Translations under genes and position numbers: made by a program | Shown here: in pieces, positions 44,146-53,980 of the stretch | Layout: the number at the start of each line of letters is the position of its first letter | Numbering within the stretch: the stretch's first letter is position 1 | DNA from: Acidobacteriota bacterium | GTDB lineage: Bacteria; Acidobacteriota; Thermoanaerobaculia; UBA5066; Gp7-AA6 | Reading direction: 5' to 3' | DNA: 61,105 nucleotides | Assembly (NCBI GenBank): GCA_003222385.1 | Contig: QHVV01000032.1 | Location: forward strand, 1-61,105 | The notes under the pieces: model-generated | What the model was told of the DNA's origin: nothing | Databases searched by the model: none | The model's input: the letters and a program-made list of their open reading frames with translations, nothing else

Positions 44146-45147
44146 CTAAGCGGTGGCGGCGAGCCGGCCGTTCGCCTCGAAGAAGTCGACGACCGCCTCG
44201 CGGAACGCGGCGGGCGTCGCGAGATCGCTGATCCGCACGCGCAGCGCCCGGCCGCCGGCGAGGCCATGGGTGTACCAGCCGGTCATCGTCCGCAGCTTGT
44301 GAAGGGCCTCGCGCGGATCGCGGGCCGTCTCCTCGATCCGGGAGAAGTGCCAGAGCATCAGGTCGCGGCGCTCGGTATCGGTCGCCTCGCGCGGCGCTCG
44401 CCCGGCGAGCAGGTCGGCGGCCTGCCGGAAGATCCAGGGGTTCTTCATGGTCGCTCGCCCGATCATGACGCCATCGCAGCCGGTGTCGGCGAGCATCGCG
44501 GCGACGTCGTGCGGGGTCTCGACGTCCCCGTTTCCGATAACCGGGATCGCGAGATGGTTCTTCAACTGCGTGATCTCGCTCCGCCCCGCGCGTCCGGTGT
44601 ACATCTGCCGCGCGGTCCGAGCGTGCAGCGCGACCGCCTCTGCGCCCTCGTCCTCGCAGATCTTCCCGAGGTCGAGGAAGTTCTTGCGGGAGTCGTCGAG
44701 ACCGAGGCGAAACTTAACCGTCAGCGGGATCGTGAGACGGCGCCGGACCTCACGGATGATCCGTCTCGCGAGCGGCGGGTCGCCCATCAACGCGGCGCCG
44801 GCGCAACCCTTCAAGACCTTGTTCGCGGGACACCCCATGTTGACGTCGCACGCATCCGGGGCGAGCTCCGCGACGATCTCGGCGGCGGCCGCCATCCGCT
44901 CGGGATCCGACCCGTAGATCTGGATCGAAAGCGGGCGCTCTTCCTCGGAGAAGAACATCTTCGCGAGCTGCCGCGCGTTGCCGCGCGTGATCGCCTCCGA
45001 GGAGATGAACTCCATCGTGACCAGTCCGACCCCGCCGATCCTCCGCAGCATCAGCCGGTAGAGATGGTCCGTGATTCCGGCCATGGGGGCGAGAACGAGC
45101 GGCGGATCGACGCGAAGTGTTCCGATTCGGAGCATGCAGCCGCACAT
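44146..45147 (-). CDS. dusB: tRNA-dihydrouridine synthase
   Basis: …PPLVLAPMAGITDHLYRLM…, …IQIYGSDP…, DVNMGCP, flavin TIM-barrel Dus pattern. The start is ambiguous (ATG 45147 or 45135; the track gives 45177). Confidence 0.85.
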   Translation of the reverse strand: MCGCMLRIGTLRVDPPLVLAPMAGITDHLYRLMLRRIGGVGLVTMEFISSEAITRGNARQLAKMFFSEEERPLSIQIYGSDPERMAAAAEIVAELAPDACDVNMGCPANKVLKGCAGAALMGDPPLARRIIREVRRRLTIPLTVKFRLGLDDSRKNFLDLGKICEDEGAEAVALHARTARQMYTGRAGRSEITQLKNHLAIPVIGNGDVETPHDVAAMLADTGCDGVMIGRATMKNPWIFRQAADLLAGRAPREATDTERRDLMLWHFSRIEETARDPREALHKLRTMTGWYTHGLAGGRALRVRISDLATPAAFREAVVDFFEANGRLAATA

Positions 45148-45225
45148 TTTATTTCGGGAACGGGTCTTGCGTCTCACTGCCGGAGGGCCGCGTTAAGATC
45201 CGGCCCGCAGCGCGGAGGTAGCTCC

Positions 45226-46293
45226 ATGGAGATCAGTCGGGGGTTGGCAGGCCCGGCGGACGACGTCTGGATCTACAACCGGAAGTTCGATCTCGTCTTC
45301 CTGACCCTTTCGGGCGCTCTCGTCTTTCTCCCTTATCTCTCCTACGGGCTTCTCCAGCGGCTCGGGGCGTCCACGGCCACCGCCAGCCTGATCATCGGCC
45401 TCGCCGTGACGCTTCTCGTCGGAGGGCCGCACATGTACTCGACCTATCTGCGGACCGCGCTCGAGCCGCGTTTTCGCGCACGGTACGGGTTCCTCGCGTA
45501 CCTGCCCATGCTCGTGATTCCCGTGCTCGTCATCCTCGGAGCGGTCTACGCTTTTCTTCTGCTCCTCACGTTCTTCTTTTTCTGGGCATCGATCCACGTG
45601 ACGCACCAGGCGCAGTGGATCTCGGAGACCTACCGCCGGAAAGCGGCGGGTCGGGTCTCCGCTCTCGACCGGCTCTTGGACGGCGCGGTCATCCTCGGCG
45701 CGCTCTACACCGTCGCGATGTACAAGTTCGTCGAGGGCCGCTTCGCGCTCGGCTCGAACCCTCTTCTCTTCCCGGAGTTCCTGAGGCACCGCATCGTGGC
45801 GGTCGCGTTCACCGTCGGTTTCGCGGCGCTCTTTCTCTTCTACGTGGCCCGGACCCTCGGCGAGATCCGGCGCGGCGAGGCGAGCGTCCCGCGTCTCCTC
45901 TTCATGGCCTTCACGGTGGGGCTCGCCTTCGTGATCCCGATCTTCGACAACCTCGACGTCGCGTTCCAGGGATTCAACACGTGGCACTCCCTGCAGTACC
46001 TGGCCCTGACCTGGTTCATCCTTTCCCGAAACGCGGCCCACGGAGAGATCGGAGGCCGGGTCACGCAGCAGCTCGCCGGCGCCCGGAAGACGGGCAGGTT
46101 CTACGGGGCGATGGTCGGGGCGACCGTCGTTTCGGGAGGTTTGTATCTCGTTCTCTGGAGGGGCCTCGGGTTCCCGCAAGACAAGAGCTATTACGTCGTG
46201 GTGCTGACGTTCCTCCTCATCCACTATTTCTACGACCACTTCCTCTTCCGCGACTTCGCGCCGCTCGAGGAGCGGAGCGTCAGCTACCCGTAG
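45226..46293 (+). CDS. polytopic integral membrane protein with conserved-looking His motifs, unknown function
   Basis: Only the last 356 codons of the 1312-aa track ORF are credible (from ATG 45226, MEISRGLAGPADDVWIYNRKFDLVFLTL...). About 8 hydrophobic helices. Motifs WASIHVTHQAQW, FNTWHSLQYL, LIHYFYDHFLF. Confidence 0.65.
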   Translation: MEISRGLAGPADDVWIYNRKFDLVFLTLSGALVFLPYLSYGLLQRLGASTATASLIIGLAVTLLVGGPHMYSTYLRTALEPRFRARYGFLAYLPMLVIPVLVILGAVYAFLLLLTFFFFWASIHVTHQAQWISETYRRKAAGRVSALDRLLDGAVILGALYTVAMYKFVEGRFALGSNPLLFPEFLRHRIVAVAFTVGFAALFLFYVARTLGEIRRGEASVPRLLFMAFTVGLAFVIPIFDNLDVAFQGFNTWHSLQYLALTWFILSRNAAHGEIGGRVTQQLAGARKTGRFYGAMVGATVVSGGLYLVLWRGLGFPQDKSYYVVVLTFLLIHYFYDHFLFRDFAPLEERSVSYP

Positions 46294-46299
46294 CGGTCC

Positions 46300-46923
46300 T
46301 CACTTCGCCAGCGCCTCATAGGTCGCGACCCGCGTATATCCCTTCGGAGGAGCGAAAAGCTCCTCGGGCGCGCCGACCTGGATGTCCAGCAGTTGCGCGT
46401 CCGTGAAAGGTTGGTACTCGTCGTGCGGGTCCTTCTTCGCGTGCTCGATGCGCACCGGCAGCCGGTCGAGGTCGCGCGCCACCCAGATCGTGGCGCGGTC
46501 TCCCGAGGGAAGGTTCATCTCCCAGCGCTCGCACGGATGGAGGCCATGGGTCGCGTCGTCGATCCGGCGGATGGAGCCTCGGAAACGGTCGGCGTACGCC
46601 TCGGCGTCGAAGCGCGGCTGGAGCGGGTAACCCGGAACCGCCTCGTCGGTCGGAGAGGACTTGCTCTCGAAGAGGCGGCGCGTCGACGGCCGGAACTGCC
46701 ACGACTTGCCCAGGTCGGGCCGCAGGATCTTGACGATCTCGGATCCGTCGGCGGTCCCGGCGACCCGCACGCGTTCGCCGCGCACCGCGATTTGAAAGCG
46801 GTCTTCCTTCGAGTACACGAGGACCGCCCGATATCCGTCCTTCGCGACGGTCCTCGGACCTCCGCAGGCGACCGAGGCGAGGACGGCCCCGCACAGGATG
46901 GACCGGGTGAAGAGCGCGCTCAC
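46300..46923 (-). CDS. putative lipoprotein, unknown function
   Basis: Signal plus lipobox-like ...GAVLASVAC. 207 aa with balanced composition. Confidence 0.55.
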   Translation of the reverse strand: MSALFTRSILCGAVLASVACGGPRTVAKDGYRAVLVYSKEDRFQIAVRGERVRVAGTADGSEIVKILRPDLGKSWQFRPSTRRLFESKSSPTDEAVPGYPLQPRFDAEAYADRFRGSIRRIDDATHGLHPCERWEMNLPSGDRATIWVARDLDRLPVRIEHAKKDPHDEYQPFTDAQLLDIQVGAPEELFAPPKGYTRVATYEALAK

Positions 46924-46973
46924 GACTCTCGTTATTCTCTCCCGCTCCGGAGGCGCCGGCGGGAATTGAGAGA

Positions 46974-48557
46974 ATGCCGCCGCCCATGACGTCGATCCCG
47001 CTCCAGCGATATCCCGGACTGCCGCCGCTCTTTCTCGATTTCGTGCGGGGAGCGAGCCGGTTCCATCCCGATCCCCCGACTCTCGATGCCGCGCTCGAGC
47101 GCGGCAAGACGATCCTCTCCGGCGGGCGCCGTCGCCTGCCGGTCACGGCGTTCCGGTTCCGCTCGACCGCCGGCCGACGCGCGGCCGAAGACCTCGCGGG
47201 AGGCCGCGCGGTCGCGGTGCTGGCGGGCCACCAGATCGGTCTCTTCACGGGGCCGCTCTACACACTCGTGAAAGCGTTCGACGCAATCCTTCTCGCGCGG
47301 GAACTCACTCAGCGGGGCCTGCCGGCAGTGCCCGTGTTCTGGGCTCTGACCGACGACCACGACCTCGAGGAAATCGCGAAGACCGCGAAACCCGGTCCCG
47401 ACGGGCCGCAGAGCTTCGTCCTCGAAGGCGCGGACCGATCGAACCGCCGTCCGGTCGGTTCGCTCCCGATTCCCGGCGCCGTTTCACGGATCGTCGAAGC
47501 GTTCCGGAAAGACGGTCCGGGCGAAGAAGCGGCCGAAATCCTGGATCTGGCGGCGCGCCGATACGCCGCCGGAACGACGTACGGCGAGGCCTTCATCGAG
47601 AGCCTCCTCGACTTGACGGAGGACGATGCCCTCTTAGTCGTCGATCCGCTCGAGGAACCGATCGCACAGGCCGCCCGGGAGCTCTTCTCGATCGGGCTCG
47701 AGCGTCGCGCCGAGATCGGCCAGACCCTGCGCCAGACCGCGCTGGCGATCGAACAGACAGGCCGCAAGCCTGCCGTCCCGTTCCGTGAAGAAGTCTTTCC
47801 ATTCTTCGTGCTCGAGGACGGGATCCGGCGGCGCGTCGAGGCCGCCGAGCTCGAAGAGGCCGGGAGCCGGGTGTCGCAAGGAGAGCTCGGCGTCTCGGCC
47901 GACGTCCTGACCCGGCCGGTGCTGAAGTCCGTCGTGCTCCCGGTCGCGGCGAGCGTCCTCGGGCCGAGCGAGATCGCCTACCACGCGCAGTCCCTCACGC
48001 TCTTTCCGATCTTCGACGCTCCCCTTCCGGTGCTCGTCCCCCGGACGTTTCTCGTCGTGCGGGGAGCCGCCGAGCGTCGCGCGGCCCAGGCCCTGGGCGT
48101 GGCCGACGAGGATCTGCTCGCCCCGCGGGCCGCGGCGCGCGAGGCCGCAGTCGTTCCCCAGGCGGATCGGGTCTGCGAAATCGCTCAGCGGCTGGACGCC
48201 GAGATGGCGACGCTCGCGCCCGAAGTCGAGGCGCTCGATCCGACGCTGGCGGGCGCTCTCGAAACCGCGCGCCGGAAAGCCGCGTACCAGCTGGAGCAGC
48301 TCGGAGAGCGGATGCGCAAGGCCGCGGAACGGAAAGACGAAGTCGCCCTGGCCCGCCGGCGGAGGCTGGAGACCATGCTCCTGCCGGGCGGGGAGCCGGC
48401 GGAACGCGTCTATCCCCCAATCGTTTTCCTCCGGATTTGGGGCGAGAGCGTGCTCGACGCGATTCGGTCGGTGGCGGGCAGCGGCGGCCGCGAGGTCCGG
48501 ATCGTCGACGCGGATGCGGCGGCCGATGCGCAGCCGAAGAGAAGCCGTGCCGGTTGA
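46974..48557 (+). CDS. bshC: bacillithiol biosynthesis cysteine-adding enzyme BshC
   Basis: AVAVLAGHQIGLFTGPLYTLVKAFDAILLARELTQRGLPAVPVFWALTDDHDLEEI parallels B. subtilis BshC VVGGQQAGLLTGPLYTIHKI...PVIPIFWVAGEDHDLDEI (from memory). Confidence 0.8.
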   Translation: MPPPMTSIPLQRYPGLPPLFLDFVRGASRFHPDPPTLDAALERGKTILSGGRRRLPVTAFRFRSTAGRRAAEDLAGGRAVAVLAGHQIGLFTGPLYTLVKAFDAILLARELTQRGLPAVPVFWALTDDHDLEEIAKTAKPGPDGPQSFVLEGADRSNRRPVGSLPIPGAVSRIVEAFRKDGPGEEAAEILDLAARRYAAGTTYGEAFIESLLDLTEDDALLVVDPLEEPIAQAARELFSIGLERRAEIGQTLRQTALAIEQTGRKPAVPFREEVFPFFVLEDGIRRRVEAAELEEAGSRVSQGELGVSADVLTRPVLKSVVLPVAASVLGPSEIAYHAQSLTLFPIFDAPLPVLVPRTFLVVRGAAERRAAQALGVADEDLLAPRAAAREAAVVPQADRVCEIAQRLDAEMATLAPEVEALDPTLAGALETARRKAAYQLEQLGERMRKAAERKDEVALARRRRLETMLLPGGEPAERVYPPIVFLRIWGESVLDAIRSVAGSGGREVRIVDADAAADAQPKRSRAG

Positions 48558-49269
48558 CGTCCTCGCGATCGCCGCCCACCCCGACGACGTCGAGCTGACG
48601 TGTGGGGGCACGCTCGCCGGCTTGAAGGCGCAGGGCCGAAAGTTCGGAATCGTGGACCTGACGCGCGGGGAGCTCGGCACGCGGGGGTCCGACGCGATCC
48701 GCCGCAAGGAAGCGGAACGGGCGGCGGAGATCCTCGGTGCCGAGTTCCGGGAGACGCTCGACTTCGGCGACGGCCGGATCTCCGGCACTCGCGAACAGGA
48801 GCTTTCGGTCGTCGACCTGATCCGGCGGGAGAGGCCGAGGCTGATCCTCACCTCCTATCCGGAGGACCGTCATCCCGACCACGCGCGCGCGGGAAGGCTC
48901 GTCACTGACCTCGCGTTCTACGCCGGGCTGAGGAAGATCGAGACGAGTCATCCGGCCCATCGGCCGCAGCAGACGATCTACTTTTCTACCGGTTACCTCC
49001 ACGAGCCGGACTTCGTAGTCGACGTCACGGCGGCCATGGAGACCCGGAGAGCCGCCATCCGGGCCTTCTCGAGCCAGTTTCACAGCGAGGCATCGACGGA
49101 GCCGGTGACCGTTCTTTCGCAGAAGAGCTTCCTCGATGCCATGGATGCGCGCGCGCGCCACTTCGGTTTCCTGATCGGCGTCGAGTTCGCCGAAGGCTTC
49201 CGGTCGAAGCGGCCTCCGAAGCTCGACGACATCGTGGCCGCGTTCGAGGGCTTCGAGCCCGGGTTCTGA
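48547..49269 (+). CDS. bshB: PIG-L family deacetylase, bacillithiol biosynthesis BshB1-like
   Basis: GTG at 48547 gives VPVDVLAIAAHPDDVELTCGGTLA (AHPDD motif). It overlaps the bshC end by 11 nt. Confidence 0.82.
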   Translation: MPVDVLAIAAHPDDVELTCGGTLAGLKAQGRKFGIVDLTRGELGTRGSDAIRRKEAERAAEILGAEFRETLDFGDGRISGTREQELSVVDLIRRERPRLILTSYPEDRHPDHARAGRLVTDLAFYAGLRKIETSHPAHRPQQTIYFSTGYLHEPDFVVDVTAAMETRRAAIRAFSSQFHSEASTEPVTVLSQKSFLDAMDARARHFGFLIGVEFAEGFRSKRPPKLDDIVAAFEGFEPGF

Positions 49270-49282
49270 GCGCGGGCGCGCC

Positions 49283-50407
49283 ATGAAAATCGGCATCACC
49301 TGTTACCCCACCTACGGCGGGAGCGGCGTCGTCGCGACCGAGCTCGGGCTCGCGCTCGCCGAGCGCGGCGACGAAGTGCACTTCATTTCGTACGACCTTC
49401 CTTCGCGCCTGGCGCTTCCGAGGCCCCGCGTGTACTTTCACGAGGTCGTCGCGCCGACCTATCCGCTCTTCGTGTCTCCGCCGTACACGCTCGCCCTCGC
49501 GACGAAGATGGCCGAGGTCGCCGAGCGCGCGGGTCTCGATCTCCTCCACGTGCACTACGCCCTGCCCCACGCGATCTCCGGGATCCTTGCGCGGGAGATG
49601 AGCGACGGCAACGGCGTCCGGATGAAGGTCGTGACGACGCTTCACGGCACCGACATCACGATCGTCGGCCAGGACCGGTCCTATCTCCCGATCACGCGGT
49701 GGGGAATCGAGCAGAGCGACGCAGTCACTGCGGTCTCGCGGTACCTGACGGAGATGACGATCCGCGAGCTCGGCGTGCGGCGGACGGTCGAGACGATCCC
49801 GAACTTCGTGGACCCGAAGCGCTACACGCCGGACGGCGCATCCAGCTTCGCCCGCACGCTGGCGAGCGACGGCGAAGCCGCCATCGTCCACGTTTCGAAT
49901 TTCCGGCCGGTGAAGCGGATCGGCGACGTCCTGGAAGTCTTCGACCGGATCCGACGGCGGATCCCGGCGCGGCTCCTCCTGATCGGCGACGGTCCGGAAC
50001 GCTCGCTCGCCGAGAGGCTCGCCCGGGACCTCGGGTTCGAGGATCGCGCGACGTTCCTCGGAAACGTCGTGGCGATCGAGACGGTTTTGCCGGTCGGGAA
50101 GCTGTTGCTCCTACCATCCGACGCCGAATCGTTCGGCCTGGCAGCGCTGGAAGCGATGGCCTGCGGAGTGCCGGTCATCGGAACGGCCGCCGGCGGCCTG
50201 CCCGAAGTCGTCGAAGACGGCGCGAGCGGCTTCTTGAAGCCGGTCGGCGACGTGGAGGGAATGGCGGAAGCGGCCCTCGAGCTCCTGACCGACGCCGATC
50301 GGTGGGCGCGATTCTCGAAGGAGGCGCGGCGAAGGGCGGTCGAGGAATTCCCGACCCGCGAGATCGTCTCGCGCTACCGGAAACTCTACGAGGAGACGCT
50401 CGGCTGA
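49283..50407 (+). CDS. bshA: N-acetyl-alpha-D-glucosaminyl L-malate synthase BshA (GT4 glycosyltransferase)
   Basis: MKIGITCYPTYGGSGVVATELGLALAERGDEVHFI closely parallels the BshA N-terminus KIGITCYPSVGGSG..ATELG..LA..GHE.HFI. Confidence 0.85.
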   Translation: MKIGITCYPTYGGSGVVATELGLALAERGDEVHFISYDLPSRLALPRPRVYFHEVVAPTYPLFVSPPYTLALATKMAEVAERAGLDLLHVHYALPHAISGILAREMSDGNGVRMKVVTTLHGTDITIVGQDRSYLPITRWGIEQSDAVTAVSRYLTEMTIRELGVRRTVETIPNFVDPKRYTPDGASSFARTLASDGEAAIVHVSNFRPVKRIGDVLEVFDRIRRRIPARLLLIGDGPERSLAERLARDLGFEDRATFLGNVVAIETVLPVGKLLLLPSDAESFGLAALEAMACGVPVIGTAAGGLPEVVEDGASGFLKPVGDVEGMAEAALELLTDADRWARFSKEARRRAVEEFPTREIVSRYRKLYEETLG

Positions 50408-51447
50408 GAGCGTCCGCGCGGCGGACGGCGGCCGGCGACTTCGGCCAGCCGGCGGTCGCGCTCGGAGGGGGGCAGGAACGACGCGCGCCAGGAATTCTCG
50501 GCGAGCTGGCTCATCGTTCGCTCCCCGAAACCGAGCTGTTCGCGCAGGAGCTCGTGTTCGCGCGCCGTCGTGGTCGCGAAGAAGAGCGGATCATCCGCGC
50601 CGATCGCGACACGCACGCCCGCGTCGAGCAGCCGCGGCAGCGGATGCTCCCCGATCGACTCGACGGCGCCCGTCGCGACGTTGCTCGTCGGAGAGACCCA
50701 GAGCGGAGTCGCTTCGTCCGCGAGTCGCTCCAGCAGATCAGGGTCGGACGCGGCCGCGATCCCGTGATCGACGCGATCGGGTCGGAGGTGATCCAGCGCT
50801 TCCGTGACGGAGTCCGCGCCGCCCCACTCTCCTGCGTGAACGGAAGTGCGGAGGCCGAGGGCACGGGCGCGGGCGTAGACGCCGGCGAAGGCCGCCGCCG
50901 GAACCGAAGTCTCGTCCCCTCCCAGCCCGAAGCCGACGACCGAAGCCAGGCCGGTCCGCTCGTGGACGTCGAGCACCCGCTCTGCCGACTCCGGTCCCCA
51001 CTGGCGGACCGCGTCGAGGAGGATGCGGCACCGGGCCGCTCCGAGAGCTTCGGCTTCCCGGAAGCCGCGATCGATCTCGCGGAGACACTCGGAGGCGTCG
51101 AGCCCGCAGCGGGCGGCGATCTCCGGAGACACATAGATCTCGGCGTAAGCGACCCCGGCGGTCTGAAGCGATGCCGCGATCGCCGAGGCGGCCTCGCCGT
51201 AATCGTCGGCGGTGGCGAAGAGAGGGCAGACCTGCGCGTAGAGCGCGAGAAAGCCCTTCGCGTCGCGGACCCGCGAGCGGTCTTCCTCGAACAGGGCGCG
51301 GTCGGCGAAGCGATGTCCCGCCCGTCGGGCGAAGACCTCGAGAAGCTCGACCGGCAGCGATCCCTCGAAATGAAGGTGACAGTCCGCCAATCGATCGAAA
51401 GAGGTCACGGGGAACGCCCGGAACGATCCTAACAGCCCGGCGCGCAC
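50386..51447 (-). CDS. add: adenosine/adenine deaminase family protein
   Basis: …DCHLHFEGSL… (HxH metal site), …SVHAGE…, …RVDHG…, …IGADDP… The start is uncertain (track 51447; GTG 51408 is also possible). The 3' end overlaps bshA convergently by 22 nt. Confidence 0.8.
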   Translation of the reverse strand: MRAGLLGSFRAFPVTSFDRLADCHLHFEGSLPVELLEVFARRAGHRFADRALFEEDRSRVRDAKGFLALYAQVCPLFATADDYGEAASAIAASLQTAGVAYAEIYVSPEIAARCGLDASECLREIDRGFREAEALGAARCRILLDAVRQWGPESAERVLDVHERTGLASVVGFGLGGDETSVPAAAFAGVYARARALGLRTSVHAGEWGGADSVTEALDHLRPDRVDHGIAAASDPDLLERLADEATPLWVSPTSNVATGAVESIGEHPLPRLLDAGVRVAIGADDPLFFATTTAREHELLREQLGFGERTMSQLAENSWRASFLPPSERDRRLAEVAGRRPPRGRSQPSVSS

Positions 51448-51504
51448 GTCGGCTGGACCCGGCGGACAGAACCTTTTGGGCGGCTGTACGTTAATCTAGC
51501 CGGA

Positions 51505-52260
51505 ATGCGGAAAGTCCTTCTGGCCCTGGCGCTCCTGTCGCTCGCGGCAGCGGCGGCCGCCGACGACGAGGTTTTCGAGAAGGCCTTTTCGATGGAAGGC
51601 GTTTCGCGCGTCTCCGTCGAGAACGTCAACGGGAAGATCGAGGCGTACGCCTGGGACCGGCCATACCTGAAAGTCCGGGCGGTCAAGACCGCTCGCGGCG
51701 GCCGAGCCGCGGAGACCCTGCGCCTGACGGAGATCCGGGTGCGGAAGGCGGGCGACGAGATCCGCCTCGAGACGGTCAACCCCCGCCGGCGGCGACTCTT
51801 CGGGTTTCTCGATTTCGGGTGGCAGAACGCGCACGTCGACTACGAGCTGCACCTCCCGACGCTGACGCACGCGCGGCTGGAGACGTGCAATGGAAAGGTC
51901 CTCGCGACGGGCTTCGGCAACTCGATCTCCTGCGACGCGGTGAACGGGTCGATCGAGCTCAAAGACATTTTCGGACCGGTCCGCGCGACCACCGTGAACG
52001 GCTCGGTGCGGATCGTCTTTCGCGGACCGCTGAAGGACTCCCGGATCGAGACCGTCAACGGCAGCGTCGACGTTGCGTTCGCCCGCGCCTCCTCGATTCG
52101 CTACAACCTGGAGACCGTCAATGGACGGATCGAGGGCGATTTCGAGCTCGCCGTTGAAGGGAAGTTCGGACCGAAGGAAGCGCGCGGCAGCTACAACGGC
52201 GGAGCCGAAAACCTCCGTTGCGAGACGGTCAACGGCTCCATCCGTCTGAAGGCGAACTAG
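51505..52260 (+). CDS. DUF4097-type (putative adhesin / beta-helix repeat) secreted protein
   Basis: Signal peptide MRKVLLALALLSLAAAAA. Repeated ..VNG.I.. units (VENVNGKIE, ETCNGKV, DAVNGSIEL, TTVNGSVRI, ETVNGSVDV, ETVNGRIEG, ETVNGSIRL). Confidence 0.72.
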   Translation: MRKVLLALALLSLAAAAAADDEVFEKAFSMEGVSRVSVENVNGKIEAYAWDRPYLKVRAVKTARGGRAAETLRLTEIRVRKAGDEIRLETVNPRRRRLFGFLDFGWQNAHVDYELHLPTLTHARLETCNGKVLATGFGNSISCDAVNGSIELKDIFGPVRATTVNGSVRIVFRGPLKDSRIETVNGSVDVAFARASSIRYNLETVNGRIEGDFELAVEGKFGPKEARGSYNGGAENLRCETVNGSIRLKAN

Positions 52261-52299
52261 CTCCCCTACCTGCCGCCCGCGATCAGCTGCTATCGTTCG

Positions 52300-52641
52300 G
52301 TGCCGCGCATGGAGAACGAGCGCCCGGTTTCCTCCCGCCCGATGCTCGTTCTCTCCTATCTCGCCTTCCTGGGCGTGGTCCCGCTGCTCTTCGCGAAGCG
52401 GGACTCGGAGATCCGCTGGCACGCCCGCAACGGACTTCTGCTGTTCGGCGCGGTCGTCGGAATCGCGATCGCCGCGACGCTCGTCGGGACGCTTCTGCCG
52501 GCGCTCGGCTGCCTCTATGCCACCCTCATGTTCTTCGTGCTCGCGCTCTACGCGTTCATCGCGATCCTCGCGATCGTGAAGGCGCTCGATGGGCAGCGAC
52601 TCCTGGTGCCGGGGATTTCGAGGTATGCCGGTCGGAGCTGA
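52300..52641 (+). CDS. small DUF4870-like membrane protein
   Basis: …[35 protein letters not shown]… followed by two further TM helices. Confidence 0.6.
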   Translation: MPRMENERPVSSRPMLVLSYLAFLGVVPLLFAKRDSEIRWHARNGLLLFGAVVGIAIAATLVGTLLPALGCLYATLMFFVLALYAFIAILAIVKALDGQRLLVPGISRYAGRS

Positions 52642-52972
52642 AGCCGGTTTCGCCCGACCGGAATCCCGCCCTTCCCGCGCGGCGATTGCTCTCGCTGCCA
52701 TGCTCGGGTTCGCCGTCGGCGACTCGTTCCGGCCGGCCGCGGAACAGATGTCGGCGAAAGCCGGCGTCGCCGCCATCGACGCGTACCGCGCCACGGTCGG
52801 ATACGCGCTCGGCCGGACGGGAATCGTCCGGTGTCGCTTCGAACCGTCCTGCTCGGCTTACGGCCGCGAGGCGATCCGCCGGTACGGGTCGCCCCGCGGG
52901 TTCATTCTCACCGCGGGTCGGATCCTCCGGTGTCAGCCGTTTGCGAAAGGCGGGTGGGACCCGGTTCCCTGA
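52625..52972 (+). CDS. yidD: membrane protein insertion efficiency factor YidD, with N-terminal extension
   Basis: …[46 protein letters not shown] is the YidD signature. ATG at 52625 overlaps the upstream stop. Confidence 0.8.
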   Translation: MPVGAEAGFARPESRPSRAAIALAAMLGFAVGDSFRPAAEQMSAKAGVAAIDAYRATVGYALGRTGIVRCRFEPSCSAYGREAIRRYGSPRGFILTAGRILRCQPFAKGGWDPVP

Positions 52973-52980
52973 GGTTCCAA

Positions 52981-53814
52981 TTACTGCCGCTGGCCCACGA
53001 ACGCGAACGCGTCCTGGGTCCGGTTGTCGAGCGTGTAGCCCGCGGCGAGCACTCCGCCGGTCGAGAAAGCGGGTGCCGTCTCTTTCACGGCGACCGTGAT
53101 CCGCAAGCCGGCAACGAGCGGCGCCCCCACGGTGGACAGGATCGGCCCCACCCGAAGGAGCGAGTTCGCCGCGACCACGTAGGTCTGCGTTCCTCCGTAG
53201 ATCTCGGAGGTCACGGGATCGATCACGCGGACCTCGACCGGAAGAGCGACGTTCGACGTGTTCGTGACATCCAGGTTCGTGCGGAAGTTCGAGTCGCCGG
53301 AGTTCACCCCGAAAATCTGGAGCACGTTGATCGAATCGGAGGAGGAGGTCTTTTTCGTCAGCGACTCCGTGAGAGGAACCGCGGGGACGAAAAACCCGTA
53401 GGTACCGCCGGGCGCGGCCGTGTAGATGCGTCCCGCGCCGAGGATGGGCGCGCTCGCTTGCCAGCGGAGAGCGCCGACCACTCCGTCGCCGGCGGGCACG
53501 GTCGAGAGCGTGACGTCCGGAAAGAACTTCGTTTCGCGCGCCGCGAGGGTGAACGGAGAAGAGCTGACCGGGGTCGAGGCGGGCGCGCCGTCGGCGACCG
53601 CCGGATAGAGCGTGAGCGTCACGGTGACGCTCACCGACGAATCCGGATTGAAGAGCCAGAGGTCCGTGCGGAAGAGCGCGTTGAACTGACCCTGCACTCT
53701 TCCCGCGGTGATGAACGATCCGCTGGCGGTCGCAGGCGAGTAAGCCGCTGACGCCAGAGAGGTCGCGAGCAGGAGCGGAGCGGCGAGAGAGGCAGTCGCG
53801 AGGGAACGGCGCAT
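52981..53814 (-). CDS. secreted hypothetical protein (277 aa), beta-rich
   Basis: Signal peptide MRRSLATASLAAPLLLATSLASA. GGAGG lies 5 nt upstream of the ATG. No family recognised. Confidence 0.6.
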   Translation of the reverse strand: MRRSLATASLAAPLLLATSLASAAYSPATASGSFITAGRVQGQFNALFRTDLWLFNPDSSVSVTVTLTLYPAVADGAPASTPVSSSPFTLAARETKFFPDVTLSTVPAGDGVVGALRWQASAPILGAGRIYTAAPGGTYGFFVPAVPLTESLTKKTSSSDSINVLQIFGVNSGDSNFRTNLDVTNTSNVALPVEVRVIDPVTSEIYGGTQTYVVAANSLLRVGPILSTVGAPLVAGLRITVAVKETAPAFSTGGVLAAGYTLDNRTQDAFAFVGQRQ

Positions 53815-53892
53815 GAGGGACCTCCTGGAGGAAGGGACGATGCGAGCCGAGGAGTGGTTTACCCGCTAACGGCTGCCTTCAGACGAGGGATC

Positions 53893-53977
<85 letters not shown>

Positions 53978-53980
53978 AAC

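Noticed and set aside
42355-46293. 1312-aa ORF, the longest in the track
   Set aside because: For about 2.9 kb it runs antisense to the well-supported VWA protein (42211..44094) and dusB (44146..45147), and it is Arg/Asp/Gly-rich low-complexity sequence typical of off-frame translation in high-GC DNA. Only the portion from the ATG at 45226 is credible.
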